A stretch of 64,000 nt of DNA, from assembly GCA_030141605.1 (NCBI GenBank), contig JAQGDQ010000391.1, positions 124,001-188,000 of the forward strand, written 5' to 3'. Made by a program: the position numbers and the translations under genes. Source of the stretch: Tubiluchus corallicola (lineage: Eukaryota > Animalia > Priapulida). A model generated the notes under the pieces. The model was not told where the DNA came from. It saw only the letters and a list, made by a program, of their open reading frames with translations, and searched no databases. This document shows positions 50,125 to 64,000 of this stretch, one piece after another. Every line of letters begins with the position of its first letter. The stretch's first letter is position 1.

Positions 50125-51862
50125 CTTGTGCAAACTCGAACGGCAAGACCCACCAAGGATTTTTGAGCCAGCTCACGTATAGGAACCGTCCGACGTTGAC
50201 AGCGAGGCCCAAGTAGAGGACCCTGATATGGCCCAAATGAGTGATGAGCCGAACAGTGAATGCATACGCGAATATCTCCGAAATGTGGTTGATAACAGAA
50301 GCTACGCCAAAAAGGGATGGCGTTCCTCCGAGATCTTGCAAATGCCAGAAGAGGAAGGTGAACACCAAGCCAATGCCAAATCCCATAAACCAGACAACAT
50401 AGAGGACTGCAATGTAATGTATTGTTCCGAATGTTCTGAGAACCGTCATGGTTTTTGCCATCTGCGTTTCTTCCGACTGTGACGTTTGCGGCACCTTCTG
50501 GATGCTGTTGACCGTATCGGCCACGGCATCCTGGTGGTAACCGTAGTGGTTCATACTGGCAAAATCGGCGTTCTCGTTCGTGATGCTCAACTGTGGGGTG
50601 TCCTTTTCTTTTTTCTGGTACGTCTGTCCCGACTGCAAGACACTCATGGGTAAGTTTTCGTGGTGGCAGTGTTCTTCGGAGGAAAACCAGAACTGCGTGG
50701 CCACAAGAAAGGCGCAACTCATCAGGACCGAGAACACGGCAAAACAGAGAGTGTAGTTCTTCTCCCCCGTTTCAATCTCTCCACAAGGATGGTCTGGAAA
50801 GGCCATTGTATGATCAAGAGCTATGCCCACAAAGAACATGCTGAGACCCCAGCCCAAAGAGCCGAACATTCTCTGTCTACCGTACAGATCAGCGTCCTCT
50901 GCTAGGTATTCTAAAGTGGCCGAGTCCGCCAGAGTTATTGCAGGTGCGCTGAAGAACTCGCCCACGCAAATTAGAAGCATCAGAAGCCAAAAGACTTCGC
51001 GTACGTCTCTTTCTCGGTACACAATTGTACTGAATGGAGGTTTCACCAGACTTCCTTCCACTTCTGCATCATAATTCACAACTTGCTCCTTGCTAATTCG
51101 TTCTGGCGACTTTCCCATCACGTGACCTTCAGGGAATCTCGGCTTCTGCGTTCTGGTTTCCAAAATCCACGCGGCTCTCTTTTCAAGATGGTGACCAGTT
51201 TCTATTTCGTCCAAGTCGTTACTAGCGTCCGTGGCCTTGCTAAATTCCTCGTACAGCATAGTGGATGTCTGATAATCGAGTAGTTTTTTCAGCTGAGCTC
51301 CTTCGAGCCTTTGCTTGAACAAGTCGTTAGCAGGAGCTCGCTTTTCCACCTCCACGTACGGCTCTTGGAGGAAATCATGCGTTATATTCGACAGGAGACA
51401 CGAGGCAGGCGGAGGCACAATGAAACAAATAGCTAACGTGAAAGCCACCCAGCAGAACAATGAAAACAGCATCACCAGTTTGCGCTTGGAAAACTTGTCA
51501 CCAATGTTCGCCCAAAAGGGTCCACTACAAAACTCGATTAGAGGCCTCACGCCTATCAGAGCACCACCTTGCACTGGGGTCATACCCAACTGCTTAAAAT
51601 AAACTCCTAGTAGTGGAAACAGCGATCCAAACGCCGAAAAGAAGAAAAAGTAGAAGGCTTTGGACATTAGCAAGTGTTTGTCAATTTTGTCCCACAGATA
51701 ATCAAAACAATCGCCGCGTAGTCGTCGTTTGGGTAGAGGTGGTGGCTGTACGCCAGGAGCTCCGAGCTGTTGCTTGAAATCCGGTGGCGCACCGCCGTAT
51801 CCGTATCCCTCTTCGCCCACCACCGGATCTGTCTCCATGTTGCCAAATGGTTGGAAAGACAT
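50125..51862 (-). CDS. MFSD6: MFSD6-like MFS transporter, coding exon 1 (1738 nt)
   Basis: Motifs KAFYFFFFSAFGSLFPLLGVYFKQLGM, GEFFSAPAITLADSA, YGRQRMFGSLGWG, GFGIGLVFTFLFWHLQDLGG and WWVLPFEFAQG are typical of MFSD6. Phase-1 donor CAAG|GTAACT at 50125/50124. Likely acceptor ttgttatag| just before 51917, implying an upstream UTR exon. Confidence 0.93.
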
Positions 51863-51992
51863 GGTAACTTTTACTCAACGTCTGTTTTTCTTTTCAGGTT
51901 TCTTGCCTCGAGACAACCTATAACAAAAAGCAGCTTTGAGTATTGGTAAAGAAAAGAAAACCTGTGATTTTCTTTTGAAACGATAAAAAATA

Positions 51993-52162
51993 ATGGTGAT
52001 GATGGTGGTGATGATGACGCCGATGATGAAAATGATGATAATGATGATGATGATGATGACGACGATGACGACGACGATGATGATAATAATGATTACGATA
52101 ACGATGATGATGATAATGATGATGCCGAAGATGGTGATGATGACGATGATGATAATAATCAT

Positions 52163-52221
<59 letters not shown>

Positions 52222-52424
52222 ATGATGATGATGACGATGAACCAGCTATAGCAGAGAAAAACATAAGAAAACTTATGATTTTAGTTGGAACACTAAGAAA
52301 GATATGATGATGATGATGACGATGGCGACAATAATTGTGATGATGATGATGATGACGATGAACCAACTATAGTAGAGAAAAACAAAAGAAAACTTATGAT
52401 TTTAGTTGGAACACTAAAAAACAT

Positions 52425-52464
<40 letters not shown>

Positions 52465-52590
52465 CGATGACGACAATAATTGTGATGATGGTGATGGTGG
52501 TGATGGTGATGGTAACGGCGATGATGATAATAATGATGACGATTATGACGATGGTGATGACTACGATGACGACGCTAATGATGTTGATCA
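51993..52590 (+). repeat. (GAT)n compound microsatellite with a duplicated ~70-bp unique spacer
   Basis: GAACCA.CTATAG.AGAGAAAAACA.AAGAAAACTTATGATTTTAGTTGGAACACTAA occurs at ~52239 and ~52360. Confidence 0.9.
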
Positions 52591-52859
52591 CGGATCACAT
52601 CGGCGGAAATGATAAAGGAACTTTAGAGTTCCTAGAGAGTAAACGGGCAACAATGGCTGCTGCAGCAATCCACTCAAACTTTCTCAAATTGGTCTAATCG
52701 AAAGAAATGCTGGAACTGATTAGGCGGAAACGGAAAACGGCAAACAGGTAATTTACACAATCAACAATCAGCAAAAGAGTCTCTTAATCATGTTAAAACA
52801 ACTCAGTGGATAAGCCTTTACGAATCTTCGCATTTTCTTAATTCATTTTTATTGACACA

Positions 52860-53395
<536 letters not shown>

Positions 53396-53496
53396 GGACA
53401 CCGGTGTAAAATCATGTATTTGCTATTCAATCTTACTACATCGTTTTTAAAATAATGGCCTACGCAAATTGTATTAACAATAACATCATACTAATT

Positions 53497-53760
53497 GTAT
53501 AGCCATTCAAGCTACATTAAGTACCATTGCAAGTGCCGTATGATGGTTCGAGTCCCCAGTAAGAGAGGATAGCAAAGGATTTACACAACTGAACATTAAT
53601 GCTGCAACAGAAACCCGATCAGCTCTCAGCTTGTGCTAGAACATTGCCTTAATTTAGTAACTTGTGTTACGAATGCTGCCAGTCACGCCTAGGAATTCAG
53701 TAACCGAGTGACGAAGATCTGAAGCTCATCTTAACCTAAACTTAACCTAACCTAACCTAG
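53497..53760 (+). mobile_element. Possible tRNA-derived SINE
   Basis: B-box GGTTCGAGTCC at 53544-53554 and a 3' (AACCT)n tail; the A-box is poor and only one copy is in the window. Confidence 0.35.
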
Positions 53761-53845
53761 CGTGCCTTGTAAGTGATGAGGTGTACAAACGTAGTGAAGA
53801 TCTACTAAAACGAGGCGCTCTAATCTAACTCATGTACAAGATTTG

Positions 53846-54306
53846 GAAGGAGTTTACAATTCCCACACAATATGAATACCCTAACCCTAACACCCGTCTC
53901 AACGCTGACACCAACTCAACCCTAACCACATCCCAACCCTATTCCTATCCCTAGCCTTAATGCTAACCCCAACCCTAACCCTAACCTTAACCCTGACACT
54001 AACCCAATCCTAACCCCATCCCAACCCTAATCCCAACCTTACCCTGACCCTAACCTTAACTTTAATTAACCATAGAATTAATCCTACCCACAATCCAACC
54101 ATAACCCCAACCGAACCCTAACCCTAGCCTTAGCTCTGACACCAACCCATCCCTTACCTCAACCCAACACTAACACTAACCATAGCCTTAATCTTAACCT
54201 CAATCCAAACCCTAACCCCAACCCAACCCTAACCCTAACCCTATTTCTAATCCTAATCTTAATTCTATTCCGCTTCACTAAGTAATTTTTAGTGTGAGAG
54301 TAAACT
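53846..54306 (-). mobile_element. Second copy of the TTAGGG-like-array element
   Basis: AAGGAGTTTACAATTCCCACA is nearly the reverse complement of 35308-35329, followed by a degenerate (CCCTAA)n array. Confidence 0.7.
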
Positions 54307-55019
54307 TTTTATACGATTATATACGCAACTACGCAGCTAAACAGAAAACACAGAAAAGCAAATTTCCCTAGAGAAGTAACCAACCGCTCTACATTATACA
54401 CCAAGACTGCTTGAACTTCACGATTCATTATCAATTCCAGCGTTTATTAACAGTAGAAATACTGTTTGGCTTTGTGTCCCGTAGTGGTTTAACACAGTTT
54501 TTAAAAACCCTTGAAGTATTCTAAAATTAATAGTTGGCGCAACACTAGCGACTTGTGGGAAAACTATTATGTAATTAACACGTCAGTCATTAAACACTCT
54601 CGGCTTACAGAGATACACAACGCCACCAATACGCGAAGACGACACAACAAAATCTAACTTAACCTTGATCAGATGAGTCGAAAATCCGGATAAGCGACAG
54701 CGTCCATTGATTAACCCGAGCCGAATAACCGTGTGCAGACGAAAGAGCGTTATTCCGTCTCTATTCTTATAGTCAATTCATCGCTTCTCTTGGAACGCCA
54801 AGCCGCATACTACATTGATCGTGCAGAGCAACTGAAGATCGATATGGTTAGGAGTTCTGGAGAAATGGCGTTTGAGCCTGAGCGCTTGCCAGCGGATTTT
54901 GAATCAATGTTTTTAGCTCTCCGCTGCTGTATTGGTGGCAAAAAATCTTGCCTTGTTTATGGGACTAAAGATTGACATTTTCAGTCGTGGTGGCAGGCTC
55001 ATTGTTACCACTGACGTGT

Positions 55020-55672
55020 TAACTAAAAATCACCTGAGAAGAACAATGCGAGAACATTGGCTTTAAACGACGAACCAGAATTCATGCTGCTTTACACAGA
55101 AAACCATATAAGTTCATACTTATCATTAGACGGTGAAGGGGAATAGAAACACGGGCGCAAATCGAAAGAAATGTTTTAAAACTCGAAAAAAATCAACATC
55201 GAGCCTCTTAATTTCTCACTGGACAAAACAGAACGGAGCATCGAATCAGCATATATAAGTCTCTTTACTGAACAGGGAAACTTCAAGCAGTTTTTATTTA
55301 GTTAAAACTAACGGATAATAGCACATGTGAATGCGGTACAGAAATTCAAACACCTGAACAACTAAACTACAGATGCAACAGTAGACGCCATTATACACCA
55401 AGACTGCTTGAACTTCACGCGTCTAATTTCATTATCAATTCCAGCGTTTATTAACAGTAGAAATACTGTTTGGCTTTGTGTCCCGTAGTGGTTTAACACA
55501 GTTTCTAAAAACCCTTGAAGTATTCTAAAATTAATAGTTTGCGCGACACTGGCGACTTGTACGAAAACTATTATTTATTTAACACATTAGTCATTAAACA
55601 CTATCGGCTTACAGAGAGATACAACGCCACCAATACGCAAAGACGACACAACAAAATCCAACAAAAAAAAAC
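55020..55672 (+). mobile_element. R1/LOA/I-group LINE 3' fragment with A-rich tail; shorter 3' copy at 54392-54655
   Basis: SLFTEQGNFKQFLF, frameshift, then LTDNSTCECGTEIQTPEQLNYRC resembles the TGHG.F..L..C.CG..T..H..C zinc-knuckle end of ORF2. 55389-55658 duplicates 54392-54655. Confidence 0.65.
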
Positions 55673-58037
55673 ACCCATTAGAAACCCTGCAGGGGGAAAA
55701 CGTAACCAATGTATTTAAAAAAAAAGAAGCATTAAATAAAGCCTAGTTAATTTTGTGGGAGACGGATTTTGTTATCAGTTGGTATAAAGATGTGAAAGGG
55801 TAAAATGCATAATACAATATAATTTTAGCTCTCGCACACATATGTATATATTTATATATATATATTTGTATAACTCTTCAGAAACTTTATTCTGATTTAA
55901 TCGTAAATTTTAGCAAAATTCCTTGTTTTTCTATCTTTGTAAGTAAAGCGCGCGCGTTGAAAAAGTTTGTCATTATTAATGCTTTCCTAATATTGTAATT
56001 AAAATAATCCCAGTAAATGAATTCTGTTATTATGAACCTAAACTATTAAAAATAATTGCTAAAATGTTTTATAAGCAAATTTGTGGTGCATGCATTAAGG
56101 ACATAATTATATTTGACCGTGTAGTATATATACTCTTATATGATGATACAGTGCAGAATTATCGGCCCGCAAATAGAGGCCTTGCTTGTGTATATTGTGC
56201 AAATAAAGATTTATCATCCCCGTTATTTCCTGGGATCATCAGAAGGCGTTGTCATGCGCAGTTTTCTTATTTATGGCTAAACTTGATTTAATAATTGGCG
56301 TTTTCACAATAAAGAACATTTTATCAGTTTTGTATAAAGGAAGCTCTGTGATTGTAAGTCGCAGCCAGTCTCTTCCTGGTTGAAATTTTTAATAAAAAGA
56401 CAATTTAGCACTTGATCGTCGAAGTATTGTGTTCCGTAAAACTGGTAAATTATTAGCACCAATACCTAGCTATATTCGTTGAAAACGAATCCAGGTAAAA
56501 TTGACACGTAAAAAAGACGAATCCAGGAAAAAGTTACAGGAAAAAAGAACACAGGAAAAAGGAAATAATCTTACCCCTAACCCTAACCCTAACCACTAAA
56601 CCCAACAATAATCCAAATCCTAACCACTAATCTTAATCCAAAATCTTAGCCAAAATTAAATGTGTCTTTTTTCCATGACTTTCTTTCCTACGACTTTATC
56701 ATCGGCCACCTGGAAAACCAAGTTATGATAGTATCCTGCATTGTGAAATGCAAAGTAAAAACAGAGAATTGTGCTCCATTTTTCAGTCGGAATCCCCCAG
56801 GGTGGTTGTTTAGGTCTTGTTCTTTTTCATTCATTTAAGATATCAGCTATTTATGTTTAAAATTAACGTGGCTTATGAATACAGGATCATAATTTTAAGT
56901 TCAGTCCTTGTCACTTTTAAAAGCTGACAATTAAGAAAGGCAAAATTATAAAGAGTGAACATTATTGGGATACAAACATGACGGCGACCATTTCTCAACA
57001 AAAAAGACGTTTCAGCTGCTAAGCAAATGTTTACAACAATGGTATCAGAACACCGTTTCACTTAAAGTACGTTTGCAGTGCTTCTGACATGTGTGTAAAC
57101 CTATCTCTACCACATTTTAGTCATATTCGCAGAAGACCATATTAAATCGTTCAAAACAGTATTGTAAACTGGCAGTAGTGTTACAACTGCTATTATTAAT
57201 TCACATAGACTCGTCAAATCTAGTTTCTAATGAAATGGAAAGAATTATTACGCAATTAGCCTCTAAAATTTATTTAACTTTTATTTTACTAACCCTGGAT
57301 ATATATTTACTCTTGTAATTTTTACTTCGTTATATTTTATTTCATTTTAGGAATGTATTTGTATTTTATATGGTCTTAGTTACCGAAATAAAAAATAATT
57401 GAATTGAATTATCCGTCCGTTTGTCGCAGCTAGCAATGAAGATGCTTAGCGACGCCAAACTTTTCTTCGCATATAGACTCCTAGAACAATTGCTCTAGAA
57501 ATTTACTGAGGACTGTTTGCAATCACTGTACAGTTTGCAATGGTGATTAGAGCTGCATTTTCACGTACAAGTACTGCAGGCGATTCGCGAAGGTTGAAGA
57601 CAAAGCTTGCCGCGCAGAATTTATTTGCCTCGCGAATTATCGGATAATCTCACACGATTGGTTGAATGACGTAATTCAATATAATATGCAATGTCTGATA
57701 TGGGCTGTGCACATGGTTTCTCCGTCCACTGGGATACACTAAGACGCGCGAACATCGATTGCTATTCATTCGAGTAGGATTCACTTGCCTACTGGCTGTA
57801 CAATTTATTTTAGATTGAAAAGGATGAAGTAGCAAAGTGCTTTTGGAAAAGTAGAGACGACAAAAGATTGCAGTGTAAAATACGAAAAAAAGCACAAGTA
57901 ATAATAATATCAAACAGTAAAAGCAGTTGTAATGGTAGTGGTGGTGGGAGGGGGTGATAGTAGTCGCACCTTTTATCACAAGACACGAAAGATAACAACT
58001 CGGTAGTTACTACAATTATTGACAGCAGTGGTATCAT

Positions 58038-58470
<433 letters not shown>

Positions 58471-60109
58471 ATAATTTCGAGACGAATGTTTTACACGAAG
58501 TTTTCAAACGCCAATTGCAATTTAGACCAACTTAGCTGTTTTATATTGTGATAACCATATGGTTTTTTGGCGACTGTAAATGATAATACCCATTACTTAT
58601 CTTGTGAAAAATTTTGTCACCCGAACAAAGCTGCTTCATCACGACCGATTATTCTATGTCTTCTTTCGCAGGTGCAGTTTATAGAGTAAAATTAATCTTT
58701 ACTTCTAAGGTATCCCCTATTGACTCGTTACTTGTCTTTATATCTTTATTAATTGTAATCACTGCACTCGAGATTTTGCGGTATTTATTAACTGAGAGTG
58801 AAATAGCAACCCCTTTCAACATTTTACTTGTGTTACTTTGATTTTTCAAAGTCACGCCTACACGTATTCTCCGTGTAAGCTGCTGTAAGCAAGCAAAAAC
58901 AGGGATATGCACGATATTTCAATACGTACACATAAAACGATGTTTCTTTGATGCTTGTTTACAATAGCACGAGCTTTGTGACTTATCATAACTCTAAAAA
59001 TGTTTTGTGTATTCATTTGTTAATGTATTCTGATGCAGAATTCCTCGCAGAAGAAATTCTTACTACAAGAAAATGTTCTTTTGAACAAGGACAATGCAGA
59101 AGATGATTAATGGCGTCTCATATGCGTTACGTTGATTTCAGGATGTTAGTCGCCTAAACAAAATGAATGACTTGAGTTGAAAACGTGTCACCTTGGGTAG
59201 ATCCCTCAAGTCTTGTCTTTGTCTTTTTCTTTGACTTTGTCTTTGTCTTTGTCTCACTTTTGTAAAGAAATTAAAACCACGACCGGTTAAAATAATATTT
59301 TAAAATGCTCAAACAAACTCAATTTTGCTTTGAAATCTCAGTTTTGTATTGAAAACAGGTTTGATTATGATGGCGATGATGATGATGATAATGGTTGTGG
59401 TGGTGGTGATAGTGGCGATTGTGGTAGTACTGATAGTGGTTCTTATAAGTCGATATTTCGATTGCATACTTGAAAGAGCTAAAATCAGAGAGTGTCCAGT
59501 GTAAGTATCTGTAAAGGGTCACGTTTCTTGGCTGAAGTATTTCTGGCACCTTGTGAAATTCATTGAAACCCTTGTCCACTTAAGAACTCAATGTTTTCCC
59601 CTTAAGTAATCATCTTTACATGTAAGTCTAATTCCTACATCTTGCCATTCGCCATCATCTTTCTCACCACATCTTCACTCTCATTACCTTTCAGACTTTC
59701 CTTCCTTTTATCATGCATCTCCTGCACTCCTGTTATTCCATACTCCCTGTTCGACTCAGATCTTACAAGTTCGGTATGATCTGATCTGAGACGATAATTT
59801 TCTGCGCTGCACTAATCGTTTAGCTTAATCTTATTTCCCATGTTATTTTTATACATTGTCCATTTTTGTGTAAGATATTGTTAAATTGTACTTGGAATAA
59901 ATAATATATACGACGTCTTAGCTCGAAACGGGCGGAACACATTCGATGAAAAACATATCAAAATATAAAGACAATTTAAAAATAATATATACAGTAGTGA
60001 ATAATAGAGTTTGTTAACTGTGAAAAGAATCATTAATTGACTAGTTGTGCTGCCTTCTTCTTCCTCTCTTCTTTTCCTTTCTTTTCTCATGTGCACTGAC
60101 TCTTTTCTC

Positions 60110-60705
60110 ATTGAATTTGTTGCACGTTTTCCAAATGGCTGTTCTCCAAAATAGTCGATCTTCTACGATTCTTTGCCGTTCATCCAGAATTTAACCACAT
60201 TTCAAAGCGCTTTTACAGGTATCCTTGTATCTTAGCTTTGGGCGTCTAATGGGGCGTGTCCCTTCTGTTAGTTCCCGATACAGAAGGGCTCTCACTGGTC
60301 TCTCATTGTCCATTCTAGATGCATGGGCCAGCCAGCGCAGTCTACTTCTTACCAATTTGATTGCGATTTCTTCAATACCTGCAGGAGTTAAAGCTTCTTC
60401 GTTACTAATGTAATCATCACATTTGATTATCAAGACCCTTCTCAAGTGACGTTGTTGTACAGTGTGAAGCTGTCTGACTTGGTGATAATAAAGAGTCCAA
60501 GTCCCCCCCCCCCCCGTAAAGTAGTAGGGGCATCAGGCACTGGTTGTAAACTTTGATTTTCGTTGAGCAGGTGAGTTCATGTGAGTCGAAAACTCCACTT
60601 TGTAGTCTTCCATATCCACAGGACACTGCTTGGATGCCTGATGTAAGCTCTTCTTTCATCGAACAGTCTTCGGTTACATAACTACCGAAATACTTGAAAC
60701 GCTTT
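60110..60705 (-). mobile_element. RTE-clade LINE 3' fragment
   Basis: FKYFGS..TKIKVYNQCLMPLLLYG, frameshift in the C-run at ~60503-60515, then ..LRRVL..ISNEE..RLRWLAHASRMDNERPVRALLY..GTRPIRRPKLRYKD. Confidence 0.9.
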
Positions 60706-62424
60706 AAATTCTTAGAATAAATAAACAATACAATACAATCTCGTATTTTTATACATACAGAGAACATCATACAGAAACTTTATTAAAAGCTTAGAAAACA
60801 TTCTCAAAGTGCAGTAATTACTTCGCATTGGAGATTTTCTAAACATTCGCAAGTTCAATTCACCTCTATTTTACCAAAAAGATACCAAACTATAAATAAA
60901 AGAACACATAAAGTTTAGACACCACTTACAAGCGAATTTAACATTAAAGAAGCTATAGAACTGCACACAAACAATCTTCGTTTTAGACGGCGCTAGCGTC
61001 TTAATTTTTCACACCACTAACAAATTCGCTTAGCTTTCAGGCAATTATACTTGGCTTCAGCAATAATTTGGCTTCACTTGAAATTGAGTTCCTAATCGGA
61101 TTTCAACACTTCACGGTGTGTTGTTAACAGGGATAGTTGCTCATTATTGGTAACCTCGATGAAAGTCTAGTTAGAAGTGATAAAAATTTTTAGTAACCTG
61201 TGAAATTTAAGGTTAAACCTTTTCAAGGGTGGAGAATAAAACAATACTTAGTTAGCTATCATAATCAGACAGACGCTGTAAATTTAGAAATGTTAGTGTC
61301 TAAAATTATGTACTAGCTTATTTACCGGCTTATACCTCAATGATTTTCACTACTTGGTCTCTGTGAAAACGAAAATTGGAGAACTGTGCTACTGTAAGAT
61401 ATTCAGTGTGTTGTACTAAAACTAGGCACGTTTTAAGATAAAAATTGAAATTTCACATTTACCGCTGTGCTCACGCAAGCTGACGAACGTGTGTAGTTTG
61501 TCACAAACTAACACATCTGAACTAAGAGGTACAACACCTGTTTTTCTGCAATGCGTTTCCGCAATGCAGGCGCTAGTGTCCGTCTAACTAGCGAATGGCG
61601 AAATGCATGTAACAGCGAAGAATTTGTGGCGTGAACGTGAAATTGTGTTTGTGTGGTAATAATTGTTTTACGTAAGTCATTTTTGAAAAAATAGTGTGTT
61701 TCCTTTCAACATTTTAAAGAGTAGATTGTTTTGACCTACAATCTACGACTGGGCCCGGTTTTGCTTTGCTACCGTATCGCTAACAATTTCAAGTAGGAGT
61801 ACTTTTATAAAAGACAAAGACGACTTTTTATCAAGATTCAGTGTTGCTTATTTCAAAATAATTTTTCTTGAAAAACTGCACAAAATTAATAATTGCAGGG
61901 CACCTATAGTCCACACATTTGGGATAAATAGGAGAAGAACCTCCCACTAATTGCAGGGGAGCTTATGTTGGATGTTGATAGGCCTAAACTTTGTAATTTT
62001 GCCTTTCATAGGATTTTGTAATTTTCGTGTAAGAAATTTGTTTTTCAGAAACAAAATATCTATCTATGCAGTTGATTTAGCCTTGTGAAAACATTGATGA
62101 AAAGGTATTAAGAAAATCCGAGTTATAACGTCATCAAATTTTGGCATTTTTAGTACTTGTCACTAGTTGAATTTCTTGGAATATTTCATATCTTTTAAGA
62201 AGGTAGTCGTGAGACTAGATCAGTTGAAAAAAATGATATTACAATTAGTGGTCGTGTTATATACTTATTGGACTACTACACTGTCTGAGACGTTGTCTTG
62301 TGTAGTTTAAGTGCAAAATTACTACTTTTTAAGATTATCGAATCTGCGTGCAATTAGATTTTTTAAGTCCACACATTATGTTCGTCGCTGTCTCGTGTTT
62401 TCTTTATTTTGACAATTTCCTTTT

Positions 62425-62770
62425 CTTTTTCCTTTACTCTTACTTTTACATTTACCTTTATTTTTAACATCAACATTAACTAATCTTTACATTTACCGGG
62501 TGGTAATGGTAAGGGTTACATTAGTCAGTACTATTTACTTTATCTTTACTTTTTTGTATACCATTACAATTACTTTATTTTTACCTTTGTCTCACTTCAA
62601 CCTTTATTCCCACCTTCGCCATTACAATTACTTTACTTTTACCTTTGTTTTGCTTTTACCTTTAATCTTACCGTTACCATTACATTTATTTTGCTATGCA
62701 TAATAACTTTTATCTTTACTTCTAAGTTTACCTTTACCTGTACCCATATCTTTATCTTTACCTTTATATA
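62425..62770 (+). repeat. Degenerate (TTTACC)n-like low-complexity tract
   Basis: Direct reading. Confidence 0.7.
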
Positions 62771-64000
62771 CATAAATATCTTTTATTTTTTATATTTTAG
62801 TGTACAGAATTTAATGTTAAAACTGAAATGGAAAATACATTTCGTTTAGTGTGAGTTTTTTTAAGAACACCAAACAATAAAAATAGTCATAAATAACAAT
62901 AACAATAAAGAAGACAAATTTGAAGTCACCAACTTAAGCAATAATAACAACAACAATATAGCAACGACAGAATACTTAAAAATGTTTTACGAGTATAACA
63001 AGTCAACAAGATTTCTAATGCATTAACTGGTTTTGTTATTCATATGGAAACCTTTGCAGCTGCTCTTTGTAACCATAAAGGGGCTGATTTATAAAAAGTT
63101 AACACAAATGTTAAAACATTGTACATTGCGTAACTTAGACGCACACTCTTAACAAGGCCATATATGGTAAAATGAGCTGACGTCATACGCAGGCAGCTGT
63201 TCAATAACGAGCTTCAGGTTTTACTAAAAATAAGAAAATTTTATAGACAGTATGTTGTGCCTCTTCTTTATTATTGAAATAGTGGAGAAAAGCATACTGT
63301 TTTTATTAAAGCTTGATCGTTTTCTGACAATAGCCAATGTATGACGTTAACACATTTCAGTTCATTTCGTTTTATTTATTCATTAAATACATCCACAACA
63401 ATCATTACAGCATGGCACTTCCAAAAGATTTAATGAGATACCAATCTCAAAAAATTATTCCTTGTTAGCAGCACCCTAAATGAATGTGGATTGAGAAAAG
63501 TAAAAACGAGCAGTTCAGAGGTAGAAAAGAAACGTTGAAGGAGAATAAAAAGAAAGAGAAAGATGAGATGGTAACTGTGTGAAGTAACGCGAACTGTAGA
63601 AATCGACATAGACAGCAGCGTAATCAGTCAAATTGATTTATTCTATACAAAGAGGGAAGAATTCTTTTTGAAGTTATTTTATACATAAAGAAATTTTGAT
63701 GTATTCTTATCCATTATGCTATACACGTCCTTTTTATAAGTCAGCGGTTAAGTTAAGCCCAGTAGAATATTCTGACAATTTTGTCAACTTTGCAAATCAG
63801 TCAAGGGTAGCAGTGCTTGATAGAATTTCTTGTGAGTGAATGCAAAGATGGTTTCAGACCTAGAACATAATGATCCGTGCTACCAGCTTTATTATAATTA
63901 TGACATTTGTTACATAATAATTACGTAAACTTACCATTATTTTTATTATCATCAGCATCATCCAACCGAACCCATCTTCAACGCTCATTTCTTAAGTAGA

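Noticed and set aside
50121-51923. Overlapping ORFs within MFSD6 exon 1 (198 aa and shorter)
   Set aside because: Shadow frames of a GC-richer coding exon with no recognisable motifs.
53497-53570. tRNA gene
   Set aside because: Only a B-box-like motif is present; no cloverleaf could be built.

Overview
AT-rich, microsatellite-rich genomic DNA from an invertebrate animal; no prokaryotic features. Left 25 kb: a tandem array of ~10.45-kb units (4000-14450, 14451-~25225, plus the rearranged tail of a third unit at 1-4004). Each full unit carries an intact single-exon 824-aa cadherin-like membrane-protein ORF (minus strand), nested antisense inside intron 1 of a decayed ABCG5-like transporter gene (plus strand; in-frame TGA, lost donor site, several missing exons). 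Right 39 kb: a complete 5-coding-exon MFSD6-like MFS transporter gene on the minus strand (51862 to 25243, predicted 783 aa), convergent with the ABCG5-like gene. Its 20.7-kb intron and upstream region hold LINE remnants (CR1, RTE, R1/I-like), a solo LTR, MITE/foldback-like elements, minisatellites and simple repeats. Most other ORFs in the track are repeat-derived or antisense artefacts. All calls come from reading and translating by eye; no database searches were run.
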